A DNA stretch of 56,750 nucleotides from a virus: the IMG/VR virus record IMGVR_UViG_3300009100_000003, positions 1-56,750 of that record. The stretch is one strand, 5' to 3'. Positions 40,714-49,244 of this stretch are shown here, piece after piece (within the stretch, counting starts at the first letter, position 1; every line of letters begins with the position of its first letter). A program made the translations under genes and the position numbers. The notes beneath the pieces are model-generated. The model did not search any database, was not told the DNA's origin, and saw nothing but the letters and a program-made list of their open reading frames with translations.

Positions 40714-41712
40714 ATGACCGCGATCCTCCGTCAGTGGCTCGAGAAGGCCACCCTGACGACAGCCGACCTCGAAGGCGGCACGAACGGCGGGATGCTCTCG
40801 CCGGCGCAGGCCAAGCAGTTCATCCGCCAGGCGATCGAGGCGAGCGTCCTGCTCCCTGACGCCCGCAACGAGAGCTCGGACTCACCGAAGTTCGAGGTCC
40901 CGCGGATCAACCTCAACTCGCGCGTCCTGCGGCGCGGCGTCCAGGCGACCCGCCTCGACGATGCGGACCGCGTCAAGCCGGGCACCGGGCTCGTCGAGCT
41001 CGACACGCAGCTGTTCAAGGGCGAGATCCTCGTCGCCGACGAGTTCTTCGAGGACAACGTCGAGCGCGAGAGTGCCGCCGGCACGATCATGACCATGCTC
41101 GCCGAGGCGGTCGGTCGCGACGCCGAGGAGATCGCGATCAAGTCCGACACCGATCGGACCGGCGCCGACGACGAGACCCTCGACGCGTTCGACGGGATCA
41201 TCGCGACGCTGCAGGACGAGCTCCCGGCGAATCAGATCCTCGACGTGTCGGCCGAGACGACCGCCCAGGACATCTTCCGCCGGATGATCGAGGCGCTGCC
41301 GTCGCGGTACCGCCGAAACTACGGCGAGCTCCGGATCTACGTGCCGACGTTCCTGCGCGACACGTACCACGCCGAGCTCGGCGAGCGCCTCACGGTCCTC
41401 GGCGACTCCGCCGTCGTGGACAACCTCGCGACGCGGCTCGCCTACCGCGGCATCCCGATCGAGGAGCTCCCGCTCCTGTCGGGCGAGGACACGATCAACG
41501 GCGCATCGATCGACTACGCGACGTTCGCGTTCCTCACGCACCCCAAGAACATCATCGCGGGCTGGCATCGCCGGATCCGGATCGAGAAGTTCCGGGACCC
41601 GCGCGAGGGGGCGACCTCGTTCCTCCCGAGCCTGCGGTTCGACTGCAAGCTCGGCGAGCCCGAGCGCGCAGTCCTCGCGACGGGCGTGCCGTTCGAGGCA
41701 CCGGGCAGCTGA
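40714..41712 (+). CDS. Major capsid protein (HK97-fold type)
   Basis: 332 aa, downstream of the scaffold. Typical segments are LSPAQAKQFI..A...S.LL.....E......KF.VP....... and ..A.E.A........AL. A strong terminator follows. Confidence 0.85.
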   Translation: MTAILRQWLEKATLTTADLEGGTNGGMLSPAQAKQFIRQAIEASVLLPDARNESSDSPKFEVPRINLNSRVLRRGVQATRLDDADRVKPGTGLVELDTQLFKGEILVADEFFEDNVERESAAGTIMTMLAEAVGRDAEEIAIKSDTDRTGADDETLDAFDGIIATLQDELPANQILDVSAETTAQDIFRRMIEALPSRYRRNYGELRIYVPTFLRDTYHAELGERLTVLGDSAVVDNLATRLAYRGIPIEELPLLSGEDTINGASIDYATFAFLTHPKNIIAGWHRRIRIEKFRDPREGATSFLPSLRFDCKLGEPERAVLATGVPFEAPGS

Positions 41713-41740
41713 GCCCCGCCTCATAGCTGAGGGACGCTCA

Positions 41741-41776
41741 GAGGGGCCGGTCGTCGCGCAGAACGGCCGGCCCCTC
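41741..41776 (+). terminator. Strong GC-rich hairpin after the capsid gene
   Basis: gaggggccgg (41741-41750) pairs with ccggcccctc (41767-41776). Confidence 0.6.
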
Positions 41777-41796
41777 GACTTACTCAGAGGATCGCA

Positions 41797-42132
41797 ATGC
41801 CAGGTGTAAGGGTCCAGCATCCGACGGCTCGCAATGCCCGGTTCACGATCGCCGATGGCGATCGGCCGTACCCGAAGCCGTACACATGCACGCCGCCGGA
41901 GTTCGGCGGCTGCGGCTCGGTCCACGAGTTCAAGACGCACCACCTGAACGTCGACGAGACCGGAGCGGCGATCGTTGAGCGCGTCCTCTACACGCGGATC
42001 CGCGGGCTCCTCGAGCTTGCCGGATTCCGCGAGACGAACGAAGTCGCGAAGCCTCCGGCCATCGGCATCGGCATGGCCGCTGGACGGCCCGGTGCGTGGG
42101 GCAACGTGCCGATCATCCGCTCAACGGGCTAG
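41797..42132 (+). CDS. Hypothetical structural-module protein (111 aa)
   Basis: ATG 41797 lies 5 nt after AGAGGATCG. Confidence 0.6.
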   Translation: MPGVRVQHPTARNARFTIADGDRPYPKPYTCTPPEFGGCGSVHEFKTHHLNVDETGAAIVERVLYTRIRGLLELAGFRETNEVAKPPAIGIGMAAGRPGAWGNVPIIRSTG

Positions 42133-42144
42133 GAGGGTTCAGGC

Positions 42145-42579
42145 GTGGCGAATGCACTGTTCGAGAAGTTCCGGAACGGCCAGCTCGGTCTCGGCTCGTA
42201 CACGGTGATCGACTTCCCGTCCGACACCTTGAAGCTGGCGCTCATGGACCACGCCGGCGCCGACGGCGCGCCGGACATCGCGGCCGATGACTTCTATGAC
42301 GACGTCGACGGCTCGCTCGTCGGTGCGCTCTCATCGGCGCTCGGCAGCATCACCGTCGGCACGGTCGCCGTCGGCGTCGTGGATGCGGCCGATCTGACAC
42401 CGGCGTTCACCGGCGTGACGGGCGCCAGTGTCGAGTCGGTCGTCGCGTTGAAGGACACCGGCACGCCCTCGACCTCGCCACTGTTCGGCTACTGGGACAC
42501 GGCGACCGGGTTGCCGCTCACGCCCAACGGCGGCGACGTGAACTTCACCTTCAACGCGTCTGGCATCTTCAAGTTCTGA
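42145..42579 (+). CDS. Conserved-looking phage structural-module protein (144 aa)
   Basis: GTG 42145 lies 7 nt after AGGAGGG. The sequence is MANALFEKF...DTLKLALMD...TPNGGDVNFTFNASGIFKF. The function is unknown. Confidence 0.65.
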   Translation: MANALFEKFRNGQLGLGSYTVIDFPSDTLKLALMDHAGADGAPDIAADDFYDDVDGSLVGALSSALGSITVGTVAVGVVDAADLTPAFTGVTGASVESVVALKDTGTPSTSPLFGYWDTATGLPLTPNGGDVNFTFNASGIFKF

Positions 42580-42625
42580 TCCGCCACGGGGCCTGACCCG
42601 GCCCTCTGACGAGGGGGTCTAGACC

Positions 42626-44725
42626 GTGGCGATCTCGCTCAAGACGGCGGGTACGTGGGCCCGCGTAGTCACTGACCCGTCCTCGGTAACCATTCCCGGC
42701 TCGCCAGCAGCCGGGGATCGGATGTTCCTGTTCGCGAACTGGAAAGACTTCGCGATCACGGTCGCTGACCCGTCCGGCTGGACGCCGATCAAGAACAGTT
42801 TCGCGGACGGCTCGGTCGGCGCTGGCAACGGCACCGGCTCGGTCTCGGTCGCCGCCTGGTATCGCGACTGGGTATCGGGCGACGGCAACCCGAGCCTCAA
42901 CTGGTCCTCGGCACCGACCGAGGCGCACGCCGTCGTCATGCTCTGGCAGAAGGGCGCCAGCGACGTGTGGTCGACGCCCACCTTCGCCACGGCTGCCATC
43001 TCTGCGGCGGACCCGTTCAGCGCGACCGCCACGCAGGCCCTGACCATCGCCGATGCCTCGGTCGTGATGTGCATGATCGCGCTCCGCGACGACTCAGTCG
43101 CGATGGCGCGATCGACGAGCTCGATCGGAGACGACGGGTCGCCGGCCCTCACGTGGAACGGTAACTACGTCGAGAGCCCGGCGACGCACTTCAACTCGAC
43201 GACCGGACTCGATATGTCGGGCGACCTCGGCCATCGGTTCGTCACGACTGGCGCCGCTGGCGTCAACCTGACGATCGAGGGCAATCCGGACGCCGCTGAG
43301 ACCGGCTCCGCGTTGTGGGTCCACCAGCAACTCGCGGTCACGCAGACGATCGGCGCGATCGCGCTCCTCGATCCGACGAGCGCGGTGTACGCCCCGACGA
43401 TCACGCCCAAGAACACCTTGGGCGCCCTTGCGCTGCTCGACCCGACATCCGCGATCTACGCGCTGACCCTGACGCCAAAGAACACGCTCGGGGCTCTGCC
43501 GCTCCTCGACCCCGTGAGCGCGGTCTACACGCCAACGGTCACGCCAAAGAACACCGTAGGCGCCTTGCCGCTGCTCGATCCCTCGAGCGCCATTTACGCC
43601 CCGACCGTCACCCCAACGAACACCGTCGGTGCGCTGGCACTCTTGGATCCGAGCTCGGCGATCTATGCGCTGACTGTGGTCCCGGGAGCGGTCACCGTCG
43701 GAGCCCTGCCGCTCCTCGACCCTGTCTCGGCCACCTACGCGCCGACCATCCTTCCGATCAACACCCTCGGCGCCCTGCCACTGCTCGATCCGAGCTCCGC
43801 GATCTACGCGCCCACCGTCGTCCCGGGCGCCGTTACGGTCGGCGCGCTGCCGCTCCTCGATCCCGTGTCGGCGGTGTACGCCCCGACGATCCTGCCGCAG
43901 CCCGTGACGGTCGGGGCGCTGGATCTCCTCGACCCGACGTCCACGGTCTACGCGCTCACGGTGACCCCCGGTGCTGTCACGGTCGGCGCGCTCGCGCAGC
44001 TGGACCCGGTCTCAGCGATCTACGCCCCGACGATCGTGCCGGGTCCTGTTGGCGTGAGCCTGACGTTCGTCGATCCGGTCTCCGCGATCTTCGCGCTCAC
44101 GGTCGCGCCGGCGCCGATCACCTTCGAGCTCACCCTGCTCGACCCCGCGAGCGCGATCTATGCGCCGACGCTGCTCGCGCTGAACACCCTCGAGCTCGGG
44201 CTCATCGATCCGGTTTCGGCGGTGTACGCGCCGACAGTGGCGCCGATCAACACGTTCAGCCTGTCGCTGCTCGATCCGGTTTCGGAGGTCTACGAGCCGC
44301 TCGTCGCGAACGCCTCGGGCCCGCAGACGGTCGTGCTCGGGCTGCTCAATCCCGTGTCGGCGATCTACGCCCTGACGGTCGGAGGCGCTGCCGTCACGGT
44401 CACGCTCGATCTGCTCGATCCCGGATCCGCGATCTACGAACCGGTCCTCGCATCGTTCAACCTGATCGCGCTCGAGCAACTCGATCCGGCCGCGGCGATC
44501 TACGAGTTCGTGGTCACGCAGGGCGGCGGCGCTGCAAGCGAGGTTGTGCTCGATCTCATTGACGCCGGCGTGACGATCTTCGCGCTCGCGGTCACCCGCG
44601 GCGGCGAGATCCGGTGGGCCGACGTCGTTGTCGAGGTCGACGGGATCGAGGGGCCGGCGGGTACGATCTCCGGGATTGCCGGCCCGACCGCGACGGTGCG
44701 ACTCACGGGCGGACCAGGAGGGTAA
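42626..44725 (+). CDS. Fibre-like protein with a 240-aa N-terminal module shared with the tail fibre, 18 tandem ~23-aa repeats and a 39-aa C-terminus
   Basis: GTG 42626 follows GAGGGGG. The repeat consensus is T(V/L)GAL(P/A)LLDP(V/S/T)SA(I/V)YAPT(V/I)(T/V)P... The N-terminal motif PAAGDRMFLFANW...PSGWTPI matches modules in ORF 111-5747. Confidence 0.85.
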   Translation: MAISLKTAGTWARVVTDPSSVTIPGSPAAGDRMFLFANWKDFAITVADPSGWTPIKNSFADGSVGAGNGTGSVSVAAWYRDWVSGDGNPSLNWSSAPTEAHAVVMLWQKGASDVWSTPTFATAAISAADPFSATATQALTIADASVVMCMIALRDDSVAMARSTSSIGDDGSPALTWNGNYVESPATHFNSTTGLDMSGDLGHRFVTTGAAGVNLTIEGNPDAAETGSALWVHQQLAVTQTIGAIALLDPTSAVYAPTITPKNTLGALALLDPTSAIYALTLTPKNTLGALPLLDPVSAVYTPTVTPKNTVGALPLLDPSSAIYAPTVTPTNTVGALALLDPSSAIYALTVVPGAVTVGALPLLDPVSATYAPTILPINTLGALPLLDPSSAIYAPTVVPGAVTVGALPLLDPVSAVYAPTILPQPVTVGALDLLDPTSTVYALTVTPGAVTVGALAQLDPVSAIYAPTIVPGPVGVSLTFVDPVSAIFALTVAPAPITFELTLLDPASAIYAPTLLALNTLELGLIDPVSAVYAPTVAPINTFSLSLLDPVSEVYEPLVANASGPQTVVLGLLNPVSAIYALTVGGAAVTVTLDLLDPGSAIYEPVLASFNLIALEQLDPAAAIYEFVVTQGGGAASEVVLDLIDAGVTIFALAVTRGGEIRWADVVVEVDGIEGPAGTISGIAGPTATVRLTGGPGG
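43346..44605 (+). repeat. In-frame coding tandem repeat of 18 units, each 63-81 nt (21-27 aa)
   Basis: I counted the units directly in the translation, 420 aa in total. The units differ by many synonymous changes. Confidence 0.9.
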
Positions 44726-44727
44726 CG

Positions 44728-45084
44728 ATGACGCAGCTGATGATGGTCCGTGGCAAGACGGCGGAGTTCCTGCTCGAGCTCACCTTCGAGGGCGAGCCCG
44801 TGGTCGTCGATCCCGAGGTCGAGCTCGTGTTCACCGCGAAGCGCGCGTTCAGCGACTCGAACGCCGACGCGATCATCCACAAGACGATCGACGCGGGTAT
44901 CACGGTCGGCACGGAGCCCGGCGAGGCGACCGTGAAGATCGAGCCCGCCGACACCGTCGACCTCGACCGGCGGGTCCTGTTGTGGGACGTCGAGCTCGTC
45001 GATCCCGACGAGAACCGCTACGTCGTCGCCGGAGGCACGCTGCACGTCGATCCCGTCGTGTCGGCAACTGTCCTCGGCTCGTGA
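44728..45084 (+). CDS. Ig-like (BppU-N-like) small structural protein (118 aa)
   Basis: ATG 44728 follows CAGGAGGG. MVRGKTAEFLLELTFEGEPVVVDPEVELVFTAK...DTVDL....LWDVELVD...RYVVAGGTLHVDP resembles small Ig-like tail or baseplate domains. The call is tentative. Confidence 0.6.
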   Translation: MTQLMMVRGKTAEFLLELTFEGEPVVVDPEVELVFTAKRAFSDSNADAIIHKTIDAGITVGTEPGEATVKIEPADTVDLDRRVLLWDVELVDPDENRYVVAGGTLHVDPVVSATVLGS

Positions 45085-45216
45085 GCGCCGTCCGGGTGAC
45101 GATCCTCCCCCGGGCGGCGCTCGCCCTCCCGGAGGTCCTCGCGTCGGGGTAGGATGCACCCGAGCGACGGTGCGGAGACGGCAGCCTCCGCCTCGCCGCT
45201 CGAGGAGGATCGATCC

Positions 45217-45471
45217 GTGGGTATCGCAGTTCAGCCCTACCAGGCGTGGTACTTCGGCGCGGCCGTTCATAACGACGAGGTCGAGCTCGCGATGCGCGCC
45301 GCGACCGCCAATGATCGGCTCACGACACCGCGCCTCGTCGAGCAGGTCCAAGTCGTCGGGCTCGAGACCGAGAACGAAACGGACTTCGTGTGGGTCATCC
45401 GCGAATGGCCGTCAGGCCGCGCCGAGCGGATCGAGTCGTGGCTCGTTCGAAAGATGCCAACCGAGCCGTGA
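45217..45471 (+). CDS. Hypothetical protein (84 aa)
   Basis: GTG 45217 lies 6 nt after GAGGAGGATCG. The track start at 45154 lacks an RBS. Confidence 0.5.
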   Translation: MGIAVQPYQAWYFGAAVHNDEVELAMRAATANDRLTTPRLVEQVQVVGLETENETDFVWVIREWPSGRAERIESWLVRKMPTEP

Positions 45472-46262
45472 CGGTCACCGTCGCAATGCCGTGGCGCGGT
45501 GCGCCCGAGCTCCTGCCGCGAGCCGTTCACTCGGTGCTCGCGCAGACGGTCAAGGATCTCCGGCTCGTCGTGGTCGCAGACGGGGAGCGCATCGGTGCGC
45601 GACTGTTTCACTCGCTCACCGACGGCGGCTCGTGGGGCCCGGATGAGCGGCTCGTGCTCTACCGGATCGAGACGAGCCACGGTCCGTACTTCGCCCAGGA
45701 GGTCGTCCTCGAGGCGACGAGCTCGGAGTGGTACGCCGTCGTCGGCGCGGATGACTGGGTCGATCCTGACCATCTCGAGCGCCTGATCGCGGTCGCCGAC
45801 CCGACGGGCGCCGCAGTCCCGGGGGCGGTGTGGTGGCACGAGGACGAGATGCCGGATCCGCGATATCCATTCGTCCACGTCGGGCGCTACGAGGTCGGCG
45901 TGTATCGCCCTGAGCGGCTGCGCGCGATCGGGGGGTTCAACGTCGCCGAACGGATCGGCCAGGACTCGCTGACCCTCAAGCTCCTCGACCTCACCGGAGG
46001 TATGGCGGTCGTCGACTGGGCGACCTATCACCGCACCCGCCGGCCGGACTCGCTCACGACCTCGCCCGAGACCGGATTCCGCACACGCACAAGGAACGAG
46101 ATGCGCCGGCGCAACCGCGGCGTGTACGCCAAGGCGCAGCGGCTCGCTGCCGGTCGAGGGTTCCCGCTCAAGCTCGCACGGTGGCGCCGCTCACAGATGC
46201 CAAAGGCCCTCCGCGAGGAGGCGGCGATGCACGCGGACACGCTCCGAAAGATCATCGGATGA
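45468..46262 (+). CDS. Family-2-like (GT-A fold) glycosyltransferase
   Basis: VTVAMPWRGAPELLPRAVHSVLAQTVKDLRLVVVADG is the typical GT2 N-terminus. The DxD-like motif is VVGADDW. GTGA overlap upstream. Confidence 0.75.
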   Translation: MTVTVAMPWRGAPELLPRAVHSVLAQTVKDLRLVVVADGERIGARLFHSLTDGGSWGPDERLVLYRIETSHGPYFAQEVVLEATSSEWYAVVGADDWVDPDHLERLIAVADPTGAAVPGAVWWHEDEMPDPRYPFVHVGRYEVGVYRPERLRAIGGFNVAERIGQDSLTLKLLDLTGGMAVVDWATYHRTRRPDSLTTSPETGFRTRTRNEMRRRNRGVYAKAQRLAAGRGFPLKLARWRRSQMPKALREEAAMHADTLRKIIG

Positions 46263-46573
46263 CCGAGATCGCGACCGTCGGGCTGTCGGGGCAGTTCCTC
46301 GCTGAGAGCGGGTGGCTGCCGGCGCTCCGCCACGCACGGGAGATGATGTTCGACGTCCTCCACCACGCCGGCTACGAGGTCGAGGCCGACGGGCGGATCG
46401 TGTGGCGCCTCCGACCGACGCCGCGCGTGTTCGACGGGATCGAGCTCCTCGCGCTCTACGGCGACCGACGAGTCGAGGAGGGGCAGACGGTTCGGGCGTG
46501 GCGCCGCGACGTCCTCGCGATCCGCGCTCGACCGCACCGCCGGGAGCGTCATCCGCTCACGCCGCCGCGATGA
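46259..46573 (+). CDS. Hypothetical protein (104 aa) within the glycosylation cassette
   Basis: ATGA overlaps at both ends. Confidence 0.55.
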   Translation: MTEIATVGLSGQFLAESGWLPALRHAREMMFDVLHHAGYEVEADGRIVWRLRPTPRVFDGIELLALYGDRRVEEGQTVRAWRRDVLAIRARPHRRERHPLTPPR

Positions 46574-47310
46574 CCGCCGCTACACTGCCGCGGATGGGTA
46601 CGGGGCTATGGTTCGTCACGCCGGCGTGGCAGCGGTACGGGATCGTCGAGATCTGCCTCGAGCAGCGCCGCCGGGTGATCGAGGAGCTCGCGGCCCACGG
46701 GATCGAGGCGCACCAGGTCGTCATCGCGGACGACGAGAACCTCGACATCGCCCGCGCGGCCGGCGCCGAGATCGTCGTCCGCGACAATGAGATGGTCGGG
46801 CGGAAGTTCAACGATGGGATGGAGTACGCCGGCAAGCACGGCGCCGAATGGATCGTCCCGATCGGCTCGGACTCATGGATCGCGACCGACTACTTCCTGC
46901 CGCTCGTCAAGCCTCGCCTGACGCTGACCTCGCCAGCCTACGCCGTCGTCACGCCGACGACGCTCGCGCAGCTGACCGTCGCCCCGCTCCGGCTCGCCCA
47001 CTCCGCGGGGCCGTACGTGTTCCATCGCTCGCTCCTCGAGCCGTGCGACTTCCGTCCCTCGGCCGAGGACTCGAACATGGTCGACACGTCCACGATCGCG
47101 GGGATCGAGCGGCACACCCCGATCCGCTGGCAGGTCCGGACGCTGCACCCGTTCCAGTACGTCGGGTTCCGGATCCCGCCGATGATGACGACGTATCACT
47201 CGCTCTGGCGCAGATGGGGTGTCGCCGAGCTCAACCCGCCGTGGCCGACATTGCGGCGCTATTACCCGCGCGACCTCGTCGAGCGAGCGCGGGCGCTCAT
47301 GACAAGGTAG
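46570..47310 (+). CDS. Putative second glycosyltransferase (GT-A-like)
   Basis: WFVTPAWQRYGIVEICLEQ...VVIADDENLDIARAAGAEIVV.DN..VGRKFNDGMEYA...GAEWIVPIGSDSWI has a Rossmann-like nucleotide-sugar pattern with acidic motifs. The call is tentative. Confidence 0.65.
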   Translation: MTAATLPRMGTGLWFVTPAWQRYGIVEICLEQRRRVIEELAAHGIEAHQVVIADDENLDIARAAGAEIVVRDNEMVGRKFNDGMEYAGKHGAEWIVPIGSDSWIATDYFLPLVKPRLTLTSPAYAVVTPTTLAQLTVAPLRLAHSAGPYVFHRSLLEPCDFRPSAEDSNMVDTSTIAGIERHTPIRWQVRTLHPFQYVGFRIPPMMTTYHSLWRRWGVAELNPPWPTLRRYYPRDLVERARALMTR

Positions 47311-47323
47311 GGAGGATCGTTCC

Positions 47324-48157
47324 ATGCTCGTCGAGCTCATCCGCGCCGCGATCGAGGATCGCCTCGACGGCAACGTCGGGATCGTGGTCTCAGGCGGTCT
47401 CGACTCGTCCACCGTCGCGAGCCTCGCGCCGGAGTCGCTCCCGACGTTCACCGGCTATTACGACGTGCCCGGGTTCGATGAGCGCCGCTACGCCTCGCTC
47501 GTCGCGCATCCGGAGCATCACGAGGTCCTGATCACGCCGGCGGATTTCGTCAAGTGGTTCGATGAGATGGCCGGGTTCATCCGTCCGCCCGTCCAGGGAC
47601 CGGGCACGTTCGGTCAGTTCATGCTCGCGAAGGCGGTCTCCGACCGCTGTGAGGTCGCCCTCTCGGGCGAGGGCTCCGACGAACTGTTCGGCGGCTACGC
47701 GCGCACCCTCCTCGCCGCTGGCGAGCCGATGCCCGACGGGTACGAGAACTACTCGCCGCCGGCCGACTACCCGGTGGGTGATCTCGCTGCGGCGCTGCAG
47801 TACGACCTCGACCGGTTGCCGGATCTGCTCGCGGTCGATGATCAGATGACGGGCGCCTGGGGCGTCGAGGCGCGCGCTCCGTTCACCGATGAGCGGATCG
47901 TTGACTACGCGCTCGCCCTCGAGCCGATCGAGCGAGTCGGCAAGCGCCACCTGCGCCAGGCGGTCCGCGGCATCGTGCCGGACGCGATCATCGACCGCAC
48001 CGACAAGATGGGGTTCCCGGCACCGTTCGTCCTGTGGGCGCAGGAGGACCCGGTCCGCTCGTTCGTCCTCGAGCGGATCGGCTACGTCCCGGATCCCGAG
48101 CGTCCGTGGGACCGCGCATGGTGGTACGCGATGGTCGAAGCGGCCGGTGCGGATTGA
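47324..48157 (+). CDS. Asparagine-synthetase-like PP-loop ATP pyrophosphatase (AsnB C-terminal domain only, no glutaminase domain)
   Basis: The PP-loop is VGIVVSGGLDSSTVASL and the AsnB signature is LSGEGSDELFGGY. ATG 47324 follows GGGAGGATCG. Confidence 0.8.
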   Translation: MLVELIRAAIEDRLDGNVGIVVSGGLDSSTVASLAPESLPTFTGYYDVPGFDERRYASLVAHPEHHEVLITPADFVKWFDEMAGFIRPPVQGPGTFGQFMLAKAVSDRCEVALSGEGSDELFGGYARTLLAAGEPMPDGYENYSPPADYPVGDLAAALQYDLDRLPDLLAVDDQMTGAWGVEARAPFTDERIVDYALALEPIERVGKRHLRQAVRGIVPDAIIDRTDKMGFPAPFVLWAQEDPVRSFVLERIGYVPDPERPWDRAWWYAMVEAAGAD

Positions 48158-49244
48158 CTTTCTCGCTCGTGAGCGCCACTTCGCCGATCACCTAGCGCCG
48201 GTCGCTCGAGCACTCCGAGCCCGAGGCATCGAGGGGCGGTTCATCGTCGAGCCGGCGATCGCGTGGCGCGCAGTGGAGCTCGGGTTCACACCCGATCAAG
48301 GCGCGAGCGATCCCTCGGTTCCGATCGTCCTCGCCTCGTACGGCGATCTCAAGGTCGCGCGCAAGGCCGGCCGGACGAAGATCGCGCTCCTGCAGCACGG
48401 CATCGGCCAGAGTTACGGCGGGGATGCTCGGGTCGCGGAGGGACCGAGCTACTCGGGCGGCCGTGACAATGGCGATGTCGGACTGTTCCTCTGCCCCAAC
48501 GAGCACTCCGCGAACCGCTGGCGCGAGGCGTACCCCGCTGCACGAGTCGAGATCGTCGGCTGCCCGAAGCTCGACACCCTCCCCGCTCGGGAGCCGGGGC
48601 CCGGGCCGGTGATCGCGTTCACCTTCCACTGGGACGCCCACGTGGTGAACGAGACCCGCTCAGGGTTTCGGCAGTTCTCCTCGGCGATCGTCGCAGCGAA
48701 GCGCCAGGGCTGGACGGTCCTCGGGCACGGCCGCCCGCGGCTCCTCACGGACTACCGCACCGGTGCCGTCCGGTTCTATGCCCGCTTCGGGATCGAATGC
48801 ACGACCGACTTCGACGAGGTTTGCCGGCGGGCGGATCTGCTCGTGTTCGACAACACGAGCTCGGGCTACGAGTTCGCCGCGACCGGGCGGCCGGTGCTCG
48901 TGCTCGACCCGATCCAGTACCGCCCGCTCGTCACGCACGGGCTCCGGTTTTGGGAGGCCGCAGACGTCGGGGTCCGGGTCAAGCGCCGCGAGCAGGTCGT
49001 GTCGGGGATCATCGAAGCTCTCGCCGATGCACCGGAGCGCCAGGCCGCGCGCGAGGCGGCGCTCTCGATCGTCTACGGCTACCGCACGGGAGCCTCAGAG
49101 CGGGCGGCAGACGTCATCGTGGACTGGGCGTCGCGTATCATCCACCCGAGGATCGCTTGCGGAGGTCTAGGCGATGGTGGAGCTCGGCACCCTAGAGGGG
49201 CTCAAGGACAAGCTCGGCATCGCGGCCGCGGACCGGACGCGTGA
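48147..49244 (+). CDS. TagF/TagB-like CDP-glycerol (polyol-phosphate) transferase
   Basis: Motifs are LLQHGIGQSY, PVIAFTFHWD (compare the YAPTwR motif) and DFDEVCRRADLLVFDNTSSGYEFAATGRPVLVLDPIQY (compare the D.LITDYSS..fDf....P motif). The 3' end overlaps the next gene by 71 nt. Confidence 0.7.
   Translation: MRIDFLARERHFADHLAPVARALRARGIEGRFIVEPAIAWRAVELGFTPDQGASDPSVPIVLASYGDLKVARKAGRTKIALLQHGIGQSYGGDARVAEGPSYSGGRDNGDVGLFLCPNEHSANRWREAYPAARVEIVGCPKLDTLPAREPGPGPVIAFTFHWDAHVVNETRSGFRQFSSAIVAAKRQGWTVLGHGRPRLLTDYRTGAVRFYARFGIECTTDFDEVCRRADLLVFDNTSSGYEFAATGRPVLVLDPIQYRPLVTHGLRFWEAADVGVRVKRREQVVSGIIEALADAPERQAAREAALSIVYGYRTGASERAADVIVDWASRIIHPRIACGGLGDGGARHPRGAQGQARHRGRGPDA

Noticed and set aside
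43315-44562. 415-aa alternative-frame ORF, plus antisense ORF 44012-44479, inside the tandem-repeat region
   Set aside because: The periodic DNA keeps several frames open. Those translations are Arg/Asp/His-rich nonsense repeats. Only the 42626 frame gives the conserved LLDPxSAIYAPT repeat and joins to real N- and C-terminal domains.
43346-44605. Possibility that the 63-81-nt periodic repeats are a CRISPR array or non-coding satellite
   Set aside because: The units are contiguous with no unique spacers. They stay in one reading frame and differ mainly at synonymous positions. They are a coding repeat.
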